64,000 bases of DNA from contig CAWVRN010000008.1 of the NCBI GenBank assembly GCA_963932905.1, forward strand, positions 32,001 to 96,000, given 5' to 3'. How positions within the stretch are numbered: the stretch's first letter is position 1; every line of letters starts with the position of its first letter. This DNA is from an uncultured Bdellovibrio sp. GTDB lineage: Bacteria > Bdellovibrionota > Bdellovibrionia > Bdellovibrionales > Bdellovibrionaceae. The notes below the pieces were generated by a model. That model worked only from the letters and a program-made list of their open reading frames with translations. It was not told the DNA's origin and made no database searches. Position numbers and translations under genes: made by a program. Below are positions 10,004-20,516 of the stretch, in pieces.

Positions 10004-11430
10004 TGAAAAAAAATAAAGCGACCTGGATATTATTGGGTGTTGTCGTCGTATTGTCGCTTTACACTTATTTTGGTGAGTACCAAGGTAAGGAAAAGGAAAA
10101 AGTTCGTGAGGAACAACAGGCTATTATCCTAAAAGGTATCAACGCGGATCAAGTGAACTTTATTGAGATAAACAATTTAGAACAAAAAATCACTTTAAGC
10201 CGCAGTAGCGATGGTTGGAGCGTGACAGCTCCAATCAAAGACTCTGCAGACAATGCCGATATTGAATCTTGGCTAAAGCAGTTAACAGAAGAAAAAACAA
10301 TGTCGGTTGCAGTCGAAGGCAATGATATAAAATGGCAGTATTTCGGATTTGACCAACCAGTTAAAACCATAACAGTAAAAACAAATTCAAATCAGCAGGT
10401 GACCGTTGAAGTTTCCGATAAGAAAAATTTTGAAGGTAATAGTTTCATTCGGTTCCCTGGCGAAAACAAAGTTATGGTGGGATCTTCCGGTTGGAGCACT
10501 TACGCAAGTAAGAAAGTATTTGATGTTCGAAATAAACACCTTTTCAGACATCAGTTATCCAATGTTCAGTCATTTCAAATCAAAAATAAATCCAACACCA
10601 TCGATATCCAAAATAAGGATGCAAAATGGATCACTCCGAAACAACCCAATTTAGCCTTAGATCAAAACGTAATTCGCGAGAATATTAATAAGATCAATGA
10701 ACTTAAAGCGATAGAGTTTGTGGCCGAGAATGAGGATGTGGCCCGACAAATCAAGAAATTGAATTTGGGTCCAAGTATTGCCACGATTGATGTAAAGTTG
10801 ACGGAAGGGAGTTGGACGGGACATTTCTACGAGGCCAAAGATAAAACCGTGTACGCTGAAGTAGTGAGCCGTCATTTACTGGTTAAAATTGGAAACGAAA
10901 TTATCACTCGTTTTTCCGGTATGAAATTAACTGATTTACTCGACTACAGATTGCCATTTGCAAGTTTTGATAAAACTAAGGTTGAAAAGTTCGCATATGA
11001 AACTACCTTAAAAAAAGCTTCGTTAGTAAAGAAAAATAGTGTTTGGGAATTGGATCCTGCCGATAGTGCTAACGAAGTTCAGCAGGATAAAGTATCTAGT
11101 TTGCTTGAAGTGATTAAAAATGTCGTGGCTAAAGAATACTTGGCGCCTAAAGCAGTTAAGAAAGATATTACAAAGCAAAAGATCGTTTTCAAAGACTCTT
11201 CCGATCAAGTGTATTTCGAATTACAGTTTTCTGAGGCGGAAACAAAAAAAATCAATAACGAAGAAAAAACATTCCGTTATGCAAAAACTAATCTTTACGA
11301 CGAACCATTTTTGCTAGACGAATCAGAATTTAATAAATTGAGTTTGAACGATATTATTAAAATCAAAGTTAATAACGAAGGCAAAGCACTTCCTGTTGAC
11401 GCTAAAAAAGAAGTTAAAAATGGCAAATGA
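10003..11430 (+). CDS. DUF4340-like membrane-anchored periplasmic protein
   Basis: N-terminal anchor and repeated W-x(4)-P beta-rich units; usual fourth gene of GldAFG-like operons. Confidence 0.65.
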   Translation: MKKNKATWILLGVVVVLSLYTYFGEYQGKEKEKVREEQQAIILKGINADQVNFIEINNLEQKITLSRSSDGWSVTAPIKDSADNADIESWLKQLTEEKTMSVAVEGNDIKWQYFGFDQPVKTITVKTNSNQQVTVEVSDKKNFEGNSFIRFPGENKVMVGSSGWSTYASKKVFDVRNKHLFRHQLSNVQSFQIKNKSNTIDIQNKDAKWITPKQPNLALDQNVIRENINKINELKAIEFVAENEDVARQIKKLNLGPSIATIDVKLTEGSWTGHFYEAKDKTVYAEVVSRHLLVKIGNEIITRFSGMKLTDLLDYRLPFASFDKTKVEKFAYETTLKKASLVKKNSVWELDPADSANEVQQDKVSSLLEVIKNVVAKEYLAPKAVKKDITKQKIVFKDSSDQVYFELQFSEAETKKINNEEKTFRYAKTNLYDEPFLLDESEFNKLSLNDIIKIKVNNEGKALPVDAKKEVKNGK

Positions 11431-12427
11431 AATTAAGATTTTTTCACCAACCCGCGTGGATTTGGCTGGCGGCACACTGGATATGTGGCCACTATTTAAC
11501 TTTGTAGGCGGCGCTAAAACAGTGAATGTAGCAATTGATATTTATTCGCAAGTAGAGTTGACCAAGCAGGCCGGTGCTGAAGTCACAATCGATTCCAGAG
11601 ATCTAAATTACACTAAGACTTTTGCCAGCTTGGATGCGTTGCTAGCTAGTGCTGATCCACAACTGACTCTTTATAAGCCAGTACTTGGTTTTTTTAGACC
11701 GGCTTCCGGTTTTAAACTAATGACGGCTTCCCAAAGCCCTGTGGGCGGAGGATTGGGTGGTAGTTCAAGTCTTGTTATTTCGATGATGAAGGCGTTTTAC
11801 AAAATGCAAGGCCAGGCGATTCCTACCAGTCATGAGGTTGTAGACATTGCTCATAATATGGAGGCTCAGATATTAAATACACCGACTGGAACGCAGGATT
11901 ATTACCCAGCATTTAGCGGTGGATTAAATATTTTGGATTACAGTGTGAAGGGAATTCAGCAAAAAGTAATTCCAATTAACAGCACGCCGTTAAAGGACTA
12001 TTTTCTTTTAATTTATACTGGAAAGGCACATCATTCGGGAATTAATAATTTTGAAGTGATGAAGTCGGCAGTGGCGAAGGATGCAAAAGTTTTATCAGCA
12101 CTGCACGGTTTAAAAGAGGTCGCGGCTAAGACGGCTCAGTATTGTCTTTCTAATGAATGGAACAAATTGCCTGATATTTTCGAACAGGAATATAAATTCC
12201 GAATTCAGCTTACAGAGAGTTTTTCAAGTCCTGAAATTCGTCAGATTAAAGAAATATCGCAGAAAACAGGGCAATCCCAGGTAAAAATTTGCGGCGCCGG
12301 AGGGGGCGGCTGCGTTCTTGTCTGGACAGCTCCGTCAGAGCGATCTAAAATTATAAAAGAATGTCAAACTCAGGGGTTTCAAATTTTGAATTCTCAACCA
12401 GTGGATCTGGCTTCCACAGATTCGTAG
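11420..12427 (+). CDS. GHMP-family sugar kinase (HddA/galactokinase-like)
   Basis: SPTRVDLAGG, PVGGGLGGSS, GTQD, KICGAGGGG motifs; ATG 11420. Confidence 0.8.
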   Translation: MANEIKIFSPTRVDLAGGTLDMWPLFNFVGGAKTVNVAIDIYSQVELTKQAGAEVTIDSRDLNYTKTFASLDALLASADPQLTLYKPVLGFFRPASGFKLMTASQSPVGGGLGGSSSLVISMMKAFYKMQGQAIPTSHEVVDIAHNMEAQILNTPTGTQDYYPAFSGGLNILDYSVKGIQQKVIPINSTPLKDYFLLIYTGKAHHSGINNFEVMKSAVAKDAKVLSALHGLKEVAAKTAQYCLSNEWNKLPDIFEQEYKFRIQLTESFSSPEIRQIKEISQKTGQSQVKICGAGGGGCVLVWTAPSERSKIIKECQTQGFQILNSQPVDLASTDS

Positions 12428-13230
12428 GGCTGTCTTTGTCGGGAGGGAAGAACGACAAGGCGTGCGTCGCCGTGATCGAATACTTCCCTAAGTACCATAA
12501 AATTTTTCTAACTAAAATATACGATCGCATTGTCGGCGATTTAAATCATTCCGCCGATCAAAAAATCATCGAGATTTTAGAATCCTACAAAGATTCGATC
12601 GAATGTATTTCTGTCGATACCCCATTTCAGCAGCCATTGTGTTTAGATTGCAAATTAAAGTGCCCAGGCTATGAACTTTGCAAAGTCGATCACATCGTTT
12701 GGATGCGTAAACAAATTCAAAAAAAACAAAAAAAGAAAAAAGTAAAAAAGCAGTTTACGCCCTATACACAGAAGGCTGTTGAATTCATTGTAAATGATGA
12801 ACTGGAGGAAAACTTTCAACTACCTCACGCCATGGGCGCGAATTCAGCTCCGCTTTTGGCCCGCTGTATGTTTTTAAAACGACGTTTTGCTGGAAACTGG
12901 ATCGAAGTATTTCCAAAATTATCGGTTTGGCGCATAGGCCGTTCTATGAATATTTCTAAGTCTGATTTACGGTTTCATCGGCACTCGGTTTCTGGAAATG
13001 AAGTCCGCGAGAATATTTTAGAAGAGCTTGTCGAACATAAGTTAGCGTTTGTTTATGACCAGGACAAAAAGATAATGGTTCAGAACAATCACGCATTTGA
13101 AGCGTTTGTGTGCGCTTTAACGGGCTTTTTAAAATACTTTGATCAGACCGAGGTTCGCCCAAAAGATTTTCCAGAAAATGAAAGCTGGATCGATTTTCCT
13201 AAAGAGAAAATCAAATGGGATAAAGTTTAG
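12361..13230 (+). CDS. DUF429-like protein (putative RNase H-fold) with Cys cluster
   Basis: FVGLSLSG...SVDTP, IEVFP, HAFEAFVCALT; CLDC-x3-CPG-x3-C cluster. Confidence 0.55.
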   Translation: MSNSGVSNFEFSTSGSGFHRFVGLSLSGGKNDKACVAVIEYFPKYHKIFLTKIYDRIVGDLNHSADQKIIEILESYKDSIECISVDTPFQQPLCLDCKLKCPGYELCKVDHIVWMRKQIQKKQKKKKVKKQFTPYTQKAVEFIVNDELEENFQLPHAMGANSAPLLARCMFLKRRFAGNWIEVFPKLSVWRIGRSMNISKSDLRFHRHSVSGNEVRENILEELVEHKLAFVYDQDKKIMVQNNHAFEAFVCALTGFLKYFDQTEVRPKDFPENESWIDFPKEKIKWDKV

Positions 13231-13721
13231 AAGCACTGTTGATTGTCATCTATCAAATTATGTAATTTGGCTTCGATCGAAGCAGACTCCATTTTAGTAT
13301 CAATAAAAATCTTTTTATAGTTTTCCTTCAATGTCAAACCCACTTCTTGGGGTTTGCATTCAAGTATTGTCGATAAAGTATTAATTGTTTCGCCTTGGCC
13401 TTTGGCGGCCTCTGCAGACAATCGATCTTTATTGCTTTCGATAAATTCCGGCAAACTTTCAGCGTGATTAATTGTCGTTGGAATGGTGTCCATGCAGTTT
13501 GACGTACCAGAAGAAATACCAAATGCTTGCGACGACGTAATGTGATTTGAAGTGATGGCAATAAGTTGATTTTCTTTAGGTTCGAACATCATGGATCCAA
13601 AACCACAACCCGCAAAACCGAATCCACCAGTGCCTTTAAGCTGACCTTTTAGGCCATCATTTTGCACTTTAGCGAAAGTCACAGAAGTCAGGATTAACAC
13701 AGTCAGAATATGTATTTTCAT
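13227..13721 (-). CDS. DUF3015-family exported protein
   Basis: Signal peptide; GFAGCGFGS, FGISSGTSNC, AAKGQGE motifs. Confidence 0.75.
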   Translation of the reverse strand: MKIHILTVLILTSVTFAKVQNDGLKGQLKGTGGFGFAGCGFGSMMFEPKENQLIAITSNHITSSQAFGISSGTSNCMDTIPTTINHAESLPEFIESNKDRLSAEAAKGQGETINTLSTILECKPQEVGLTLKENYKKIFIDTKMESASIEAKLHNLIDDNQQCF

Positions 13722-13868
13722 GAATCACCTCTGAATAAAGGTAACTTTACTTTTCACTTGAATCAACCCAGGCCGATGGGCTGGATTCAGAATTTATACG
13801 CTTATCGTCAATCTTTATAGGTCTGGATAAGTTGAGTTATGTTTTTAAACTGTTAACCTGTAGATATC

Positions 13869-14915
13869 ATGGCAGATTGGCGTAATAAATCCGAAGTAAA
13901 TGGTGACGTGGTTTTTTTTCGTTATGCTCCCGAGGGGTTGGAAAAAGGCGCTGACGAAGTCTTCATTTGGGATTTGGATAAAACATATTTAGATACGACG
14001 ATTGATTCATTACGTGGGTTATTTAAAACCATTATGGAACGCGCGTTGAACAAAAAAAATGTTCCAGGAACTGATACGCTTCTAAGAAATTTGGCGCAGT
14101 ATCGTACAGAACAAAAAGGAACAGAATACTTTCCTATTTATTTTATCACGGCAAGTCCACCGCAACTAGAAGATCGTATTTCTGAAAAGTTTTATATCGA
14201 CAATATCAATCCTCTGGGTTGTTTCTACAAAGACAATTTAAAGAACTTAAAACCTGATCGATTTTGGCGTTTAACAAAACAAGTAGGTTACAAATTGCAA
14301 GCCTTGATGCAGTTGCGGACTCGCTTAAGTGAAAGTGTAAAACAGATTTGCTGGGGTGACGATAGTGAAAGCGATGCGATCATTTATAATTTGTATTCAG
14401 ACATTTGTGCGCGAAGAATTTCTATTCAAGAAATTCGTAGTGTGCTGGAAGAACTTTACGTAACAGGCGACCAAGTGGATACGATTTTGGATTTACAGTC
14501 TCAGTGTCCAGAGCTTGATCCGGTAGAAAAAATATATATTAATTTAGCAACAGATACAGATCCGGAGTACTATTTAAAATTTGGTCGTCGGACGCTACCA
14601 ACATACAACACTTTCCAAGTGGCATTAGATCTGTTGCAAGACAAGCGATTGAATTTTGATGGCTTGATGGAAGTGCTGAACGATATGGTTTATAACTACT
14701 ATTACACAACCGAAGAATTAATTAAAAGTTTCGATGAACTGATTCGTCGAGGTGTTTTGTCACAGGAAACGTACCTGAATTTAAAACCTAAGTTCGTAGA
14801 AAAAGGAGTTCTGTATCCTTCCTACGAACCATCTTCTAGCAGTTTTGATAAAACGTTGTATATCGAAGAACCTTGGGTGCAAGAGCACGTGGATTATTTA
14901 AACGAGTACCGCTAA
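13869..14915 (+). CDS. HAD-like phosphatase domain protein (App1-like)
   Basis: WDLDKT (DxDxT), FITASP and WGDDSESD motifs. Confidence 0.6.
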   Translation: MADWRNKSEVNGDVVFFRYAPEGLEKGADEVFIWDLDKTYLDTTIDSLRGLFKTIMERALNKKNVPGTDTLLRNLAQYRTEQKGTEYFPIYFITASPPQLEDRISEKFYIDNINPLGCFYKDNLKNLKPDRFWRLTKQVGYKLQALMQLRTRLSESVKQICWGDDSESDAIIYNLYSDICARRISIQEIRSVLEELYVTGDQVDTILDLQSQCPELDPVEKIYINLATDTDPEYYLKFGRRTLPTYNTFQVALDLLQDKRLNFDGLMEVLNDMVYNYYYTTEELIKSFDELIRRGVLSQETYLNLKPKFVEKGVLYPSYEPSSSSFDKTLYIEEPWVQEHVDYLNEYR

Positions 14916-15036
14916 CTACGGTCGGTCAAGCAATACGGTCTTCTTGCCCTCGATACGCAACGATGAATGATCGCCGATGGCGAAACCATTTTAGATCGAG
15001 GTAACTGTGGACCGTTACTGGAAGTTTACTAAGGCA

Positions 15037-15825
15037 TTATTCGAAATTAAGTGGAATAACAGTTGATATAGGTTCACCATCGAAGGCTTTGAATTCGATG
15101 CGATTCAGAACTTCAAACAAACACGCTTTGAAACTATTGTCTGTCAGTACCGAGCTAGCCACGGTCGGGTTAATTACGCGGCCATTACGTTCGATAGTAA
15201 ACGCGAGTGTCACTGAGCCAGAAACACCGGGGGTCTTTTGCAGGAGTTTATTATAGCACTGCAAGAACTTGGCTTTGTGAGTTTGAATGGTATCGCTGAT
15301 AATTGTTTCTGATAATTTGTCACTAGATCCATAGGCACTGAGTGCCGCCTGTTTGTTTGGCGTGCTGAGAGCTGCAAACCACTGTTCCCATTCTTGAAGG
15401 CGAATGCGTTGGCCTTGGTAAGAAACCGAAACTTGATTTTGTGAACCATAGCTTTCGATAGAAAACGAACCTTTGGATAGTATAATCAACGTGATGTCAC
15501 GTTCTTGATCAATGATAACTTTGGTTTCAGCATTTAAACGAATTTTAGTGTCGTCTTTGAACTGAATTTCAACACGGCTTTGTTTGTGTGTTTCAATTGT
15601 GTCTAAAATCATCAGTGGTTCGGAATCGCCAAGCAGATGAGATCGAGATTGGTTTTTTCGTGTTAGGGACGCATTGCCTGCCAATTTTTCAATTTGGCCC
15701 AGCACTTGAGGTTTAGACAGAGTTTTTGAACTGGGCTTACTAAGTAAATAGCCAATCGTGAGAAAGCCAACACCTAAAAATAAAAAGATATACGTATAAA
15801 TGTTATCTTGAAGCGAGGCTTTCAT
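15037..15825 (-). CDS. Membrane protein with FecR-like N-domain and AgmX/PglI (TonB-C-like) C-domain
   Basis: TM; DTIETH...IQFKDDTKIRL (FecR-like); QCY...GSVTLAFTIERNGRV...ACL...F...IPLNFE. Confidence 0.7.
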   Translation of the reverse strand: MKASLQDNIYTYIFLFLGVGFLTIGYLLSKPSSKTLSKPQVLGQIEKLAGNASLTRKNQSRSHLLGDSEPLMILDTIETHKQSRVEIQFKDDTKIRLNAETKVIIDQERDITLIILSKGSFSIESYGSQNQVSVSYQGQRIRLQEWEQWFAALSTPNKQAALSAYGSSDKLSETIISDTIQTHKAKFLQCYNKLLQKTPGVSGSVTLAFTIERNGRVINPTVASSVLTDNSFKACLFEVLNRIEFKAFDGEPISTVIPLNFE

Positions 15826-15837
15826 TGATAGAATAAA

Positions 15838-16260
15838 TTATTTCTTTTCTGCAGCTGGAGCCGCTGGCGTTGCCGGAGCTGCGGGCGCAGTAGCCGTTGG
15901 ATCAGTTGATTTAGTAGGGTCTGGAGTCACTGAACCTGGCTTAGCTTCTTGCTGAACAGGCGTTGTTGGGCTGGTTTCAGGAATTGGGCTAGTCGTAGTT
16001 GTAGAATGCAATTGATCCACAACCGATTTGTTATCATGAGCTAAGAAATAAGTCAGAGCGATACAAGATGCCGCGAAAAGAATCGCCACCCATTTAGTCA
16101 GTGTCGCTGCCAATGTCTGTGCACCTGTGGCTCCTAACAATGAATTAGAACCACTGCCACCGATACCCAAAGCGCCGCCACCTTTAGAATCTTGCATAAG
16201 AACAAGTCCGCAAAGAGCGATTGTTACGATAATGTGTAATACAGATAAAAAATCAACCAT
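15838..16260 (-). CDS. secG: Preprotein translocase subunit SecG with Pro/Thr/Ala-rich tail
   Basis: LHII...LVLMQDSKGGG...LLGATGA...LTKW; two TM segments. Confidence 0.9.
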   Translation of the reverse strand: MVDFLSVLHIIVTIALCGLVLMQDSKGGGALGIGGSGSNSLLGATGAQTLAATLTKWVAILFAASCIALTYFLAHDNKSVVDQLHSTTTTSPIPETSPTTPVQQEAKPGSVTPDPTKSTDPTATAPAAPATPAAPAAEKK

Positions 16261-16400
16261 GGGTAATACCTCGAGTAAAATTATGACGTAGGAATATCCA
16301 AAGGAATATCTAGGCTAAATGGATTTTTCTCAATTCATAACTCTGCGCATAAAACTAAATATGTCTTTATCTTTCAAGGCAATTACATCCATATAGCGGC

Positions 16401-17036
16401 ATGGCTTTTATCGTATTCGAAGGGCTCGACGGCTCAGGCAAGAGCACTCTGATGAATCGGCTCTCTCAAGTTTTAAAGGATCAAAATATTGATCACGAAA
16501 TGACCCGCGAACCCGGTGGTACCGAATTAGGTGACAAACTCCGGGACCTAATCCTCGCGAAGGGTCCCAATGCGCCCACACCTCGGGCCGAGCTCCTTAT
16601 GTACGAAGCTTCACGGGCACAATTAGTCGAAACGTGGATTAAACCGCGTTTGCAAAAAGGCGGCTGGGTTTTATCCGATCGTTTTGCTGCAAGTTCCATC
16701 GCATTTCAAGCAGGTGGTCGTAATATCAATGAAGCCGACGTTGTTTGGTTAAATCACTTCGCCACAACGGGATTAGAACCGGATCTGTATATTTTACTCG
16801 ATGTCACTGTTGAAGAATCAAAACGTCGACGTAAAAGTCGCCAAGATTCGACCAGTGTAGCTGAAGATCGTATCGAAGCGGAAAAAGATGACTTCCATAA
16901 TCGTGTTCGCGACGGATTTTTAAAATTAGCTAAAAACAATCCCAAGCAGTGGTTTGTGGTTTCAGCCGAATTAAGTACCGAAAAAATGTTAGAACTTGTT
17001 CTTCAGCGTATGAGGGAACATAAATGGCTCAAATAG
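16401..17036 (+). CDS. tmk: Thymidylate kinase
   Basis: FIVFEGLDGSGKST, TREPGGT, SDRF. Confidence 0.95.
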   Translation: MAFIVFEGLDGSGKSTLMNRLSQVLKDQNIDHEMTREPGGTELGDKLRDLILAKGPNAPTPRAELLMYEASRAQLVETWIKPRLQKGGWVLSDRFAASSIAFQAGGRNINEADVVWLNHFATTGLEPDLYILLDVTVEESKRRRKSRQDSTSVAEDRIEAEKDDFHNRVRDGFLKLAKNNPKQWFVVSAELSTEKMLELVLQRMREHKWLK

Positions 17037-17989
17037 CAGCCCAGGTCGTAGGCCATCAAAATCAATGGGAGCAAGTTAAGAAAATTATCTCATCTGATTT
17101 GCAGTCTGGATCGTTCCTTTTTTCTGGTCCCGAAGGGATCGGTAAAAAGAAAATGGCGATGGCGGTGGCGCAATATTTTCTGTGCGAAACTCAATCGGGT
17201 TGTGGCCATTGTGGTTCATGCCGTCGCGTCGAGGCGGGAACTCATGAAGGATTATTACTTGTCGATGAAGGTGATGACATTCTGAAAATGGATGAAGTTC
17301 ACAAGATAAAAGAATTTTTGAAATTAAAATCGCTCAGTGGTGCCCGTTTCATCCTGATTAACAATGCTCACCGAATGAATATCCCGACGTCAAATGCGTT
17401 GCTAAAAACGTTAGAAGAACCACCGGAAGGCGTGTATTTCTTTCTAATTTCATCGCGTATCAGCGGTTTGTTGATGACGATCAAATCCCGCTGCCGATTG
17501 ATTCCATTTTCTATTTTGACTGAAAAAGACCTCGAACGCGTAAGTCTAATGAACGAGTTCACATTATTGAATTTTAAAAATAGTGGGCAGCTGCATTTAG
17601 TTGCTAAAAGTCAGGACAAAGACTTCCGTCCTATCGTCGAGTTAGCCTGTGAAATTCTAGATTGTATTGCCGAAGCTCGCTATACTCCTTTAACTGACGC
17701 GCAGAAGTCGACGGTGAAAAATAAGGATCAGTTTCAGGATTTAATTACATACTTGGAAATTATGGTTCGTGACGTGTTACTGACGCAAGCGGCGCCAAAT
17801 GCGGATATGGCGACGGTGTATTTTGAAGAGTATCGAAAAGATATTCAGGCGTGGGCGCAAGTGAATAGTTTAGTTTGGTCGCAATTTTACGAAATTTTAG
17901 AGACTAAAAAAGAAGATTTATTTTTAAGCCCCGATGCCAATTTATTTATCGAATCATTGATCGTAGATAACTTAAGGAGTGTGATCTAG
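17024..17989 (+). CDS. holB: DNA polymerase III delta' subunit
   Basis: LFSGPEGIGK, Zn cluster CGHCGSC, NALLKTLEEPP, TIKSRC; tmk-holB-tatD synteny. Confidence 0.88.
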   Translation: MAQIAAQVVGHQNQWEQVKKIISSDLQSGSFLFSGPEGIGKKKMAMAVAQYFLCETQSGCGHCGSCRRVEAGTHEGLLLVDEGDDILKMDEVHKIKEFLKLKSLSGARFILINNAHRMNIPTSNALLKTLEEPPEGVYFFLISSRISGLLMTIKSRCRLIPFSILTEKDLERVSLMNEFTLLNFKNSGQLHLVAKSQDKDFRPIVELACEILDCIAEARYTPLTDAQKSTVKNKDQFQDLITYLEIMVRDVLLTQAAPNADMATVYFEEYRKDIQAWAQVNSLVWSQFYEILETKKEDLFLSPDANLFIESLIVDNLRSVI

Positions 17990-18768
17990 TGGCAAATCTA
18001 TTTTGGACAGACATGCATGCCCATCTGGATAAACTTGAAGAAGGCCCAGAGAAGGCAATTGAAGCGGCATTGGCTCAAAATGTGAAACGAATTGTAACGA
18101 TTGCGACAGATCCGAATGATCTAAAAACTGTGTTAGAGTACGCAAATAAATATAGCCCTCACGTTTACTGCACGTTAGGAATTCATCCTCACGAGGGTGT
18201 GACGTACACTCCGGAAGTTCGTCAGTTTATAAAACAAAATGCGACTCATCCACGTGTGATTGCCATCGGTGAAATTGGTTTGGATTACTACTACGAACAA
18301 TCACCGAAAAAAGAACAATTGGCTGCGTTTCGTGATCAATTGGAGCTGGCTCAGGAATTGGGTTTGCCGATTGAAATTCACACGCGTGATGCAGAGCCGG
18401 ACACGGTCAATTTGCTTAAAGAATATCAAGGTAAAGTAAAGGGAATCATCCATTGTTTTACGGGTACGCAATGGTTAGCGGATGAATGTTTGGCTTTAGG
18501 ATACAATATTTCTATTTCGGGCATCGTAACATTCAAGAATGCTGCTGATTTGCGCAAAGTTGTCGAGAGCATTCCGTTAGACAGACTTCATGTGGAAACG
18601 GATTCACCGTTTTTGGCGCCCGTTCCGATGCGTGGAAAACAAAACACACCAAGCTATGTCGTGCATACGGCGCAGTTTGTGGCCGATCTTAAAAAAATAT
18701 CCGTCGAAGATTTATGTTTACAAACGAACAAAAATGCGGAAAAAATGTTCCCCAAACTATTGAATTAA
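17989..18768 (+). CDS. tatD: TatD-family DNase
   Basis: DMHAHL, GIHP, IGEIGLDY, IHTRDA, HCFTG, ETDSPFL. Confidence 0.92.
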   Translation: MANLFWTDMHAHLDKLEEGPEKAIEAALAQNVKRIVTIATDPNDLKTVLEYANKYSPHVYCTLGIHPHEGVTYTPEVRQFIKQNATHPRVIAIGEIGLDYYYEQSPKKEQLAAFRDQLELAQELGLPIEIHTRDAEPDTVNLLKEYQGKVKGIIHCFTGTQWLADECLALGYNISISGIVTFKNAADLRKVVESIPLDRLHVETDSPFLAPVPMRGKQNTPSYVVHTAQFVADLKKISVEDLCLQTNKNAEKMFPKLLN

Positions 18769-18789
18769 CAGCTTTTTAGTGGAGATCTC

Positions 18790-20487
18790 ATGATCAAATT
18801 GAATTCCCAAATATATAAAGTTATTGCCGCGATCGTGTCCGTTGTTTTTATCTCTGGTTTTGCTCATGCACAAAATGCAAAAGAGTTATCCATTGGAACT
18901 AACACTGAATTTGAAACGTTGAATCCAATCATCGCCTCTGTCGGCGCCTCTAAATACATGTTGTACCTAGCGACTCGCCCTTGGACATACATGGATGAAA
19001 AAAACGAATGGAAAACAAGTATCTTCAAACGCATTCCGAACTTAAAAGATAAATCCATGAAAATTGTTACTGAAGGTGGCAAGAAAAAATTAATCGCGAC
19101 TTGGGAATTTATCGATGGATTAAAATGGGGTGATGGTCATCCGATTACATGTAAAGATGCAAAATTCACATGGGAAGTCGGTTTAAGTCCAAATACATCT
19201 TTGCCAACTAAAGAAGGTTACGAAAATATCGAATCCGTTGAATGGGATGAAAAAACGCCAACTAAGTGTAATATCAAATACAAAGTGGCTAAATGGAATT
19301 TCTACGTGGATAGTCACACGCTGTTGTTGCCTGAACATTTAGAAGGACCTATTTTCCAAAAGTGGGGTAAAGAAAAAGAAGGTTACGATCGTAATACTCT
19401 TTACCAAAAGGACCCGACGCAAAAAGGTTTATGGAACGGTCCTTACGTCGTATCGGAAGTAAAACTGGGATCCCACGTCGTATTCGCTGCAAATCCAAAC
19501 TTCTACGGTTCGAAACCTAAAATTCAAAAGATCATTATTCGCATTATTCCAAATGCGGGAACGTTAGAAGCCAACTTACGTTCTAAAAATATTCAAAAGA
19601 TCTGCCGAATCGGTATGACGCTGGATCAAGCCCTGGCCTTCGACAAAAAAGTTAAAGAAGAAAACTTGCCGTATAAGGTGGAATTCCAAGACGGTATTAC
19701 TTATGCCCACATCGACGTAAACACAACTCATCCGATTTTGAGTGACCTGAAGGTTCGTCAGGCCTTGTCGTATGCGACTAACAAAGACGACATCAACAAA
19801 TCCATTTTCGAAGGTAAAGTCACAGTAGCGAACTCGATGACGTCGCCTTTGGATTCATTATACACGGCTGATTCTAAAATCGTTAAAGTCTATAAAACGG
19901 ATAAAAAACTAGCACGCAAAATGTTAGATGAGGCGGGCTGGAAGCTGGGGCCAGATGGTTTCCGTTATAAAAATGGACAGAAGCTGACATTTAAATTGGT
20001 AGGTGCTGCTGGTCTTAAGCAAATTGAAACTCTACAAGCGATTTTGCAATCGCAGTGGAAAGATGTGGGTGTGGATTTACAATTGAAAACTGATCCAACT
20101 CGCTTGCTGTTCTCTGAAACTCTACGTAAACGTAATTTTGACATGGCCGTATTTTCTTGGAGCAGTTTTCCGGGTTTAGGTAATGAATCTGTTTTACATA
20201 GCAAAAATATTCCGACGGAAAAAAATTCGTGGACTGGTCAAAACTACCACGGTTATTCGAGTCCAAAATTGGACAAGTTAACGGAAGAATATGATTACGA
20301 ATTCGATTTCAAAAAACGCAAGAAAATCACGGAAGAAATCATGAAGGAATACACAGAAAATGTTCCGGTTATACCTTTGTATTTCCGTCCAGAGGTCGCT
20401 GTAATTCCTAAGAACATGAAAAATTTCAAAATGTACGGGCACTACTACTACGAGTCCCTACAGGCTGAAAATTGGGATCTAGAATAA
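18790..20487 (+). CDS. Peptide ABC transporter substrate-binding protein (family 5)
   Basis: Signal peptide; KWGDGHPIT..D.KFTW, GPY, VRQAL, LDEAGW, PVIPLY. Confidence 0.88.
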   Translation: MIKLNSQIYKVIAAIVSVVFISGFAHAQNAKELSIGTNTEFETLNPIIASVGASKYMLYLATRPWTYMDEKNEWKTSIFKRIPNLKDKSMKIVTEGGKKKLIATWEFIDGLKWGDGHPITCKDAKFTWEVGLSPNTSLPTKEGYENIESVEWDEKTPTKCNIKYKVAKWNFYVDSHTLLLPEHLEGPIFQKWGKEKEGYDRNTLYQKDPTQKGLWNGPYVVSEVKLGSHVVFAANPNFYGSKPKIQKIIIRIIPNAGTLEANLRSKNIQKICRIGMTLDQALAFDKKVKEENLPYKVEFQDGITYAHIDVNTTHPILSDLKVRQALSYATNKDDINKSIFEGKVTVANSMTSPLDSLYTADSKIVKVYKTDKKLARKMLDEAGWKLGPDGFRYKNGQKLTFKLVGAAGLKQIETLQAILQSQWKDVGVDLQLKTDPTRLLFSETLRKRNFDMAVFSWSSFPGLGNESVLHSKNIPTEKNSWTGQNYHGYSSPKLDKLTEEYDYEFDFKKRKKITEEIMKEYTENVPVIPLYFRPEVAVIPKNMKNFKMYGHYYYESLQAENWDLE

Positions 20488-20516
20488 TATTTTAATTAAT
20501 TTAAGGAGAAAGTCAG

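Noticed and set aside
13759..13789. Imperfect inverted repeat upstream of the DUF3015 gene
   Set aside because: A single occurrence with no supporting context; cannot distinguish an operator from chance.
14950..14995. Hammerhead-like CGATGA...CGAAAC
   Set aside because: The core CUGANGA is not intact and stem II does not close correctly.
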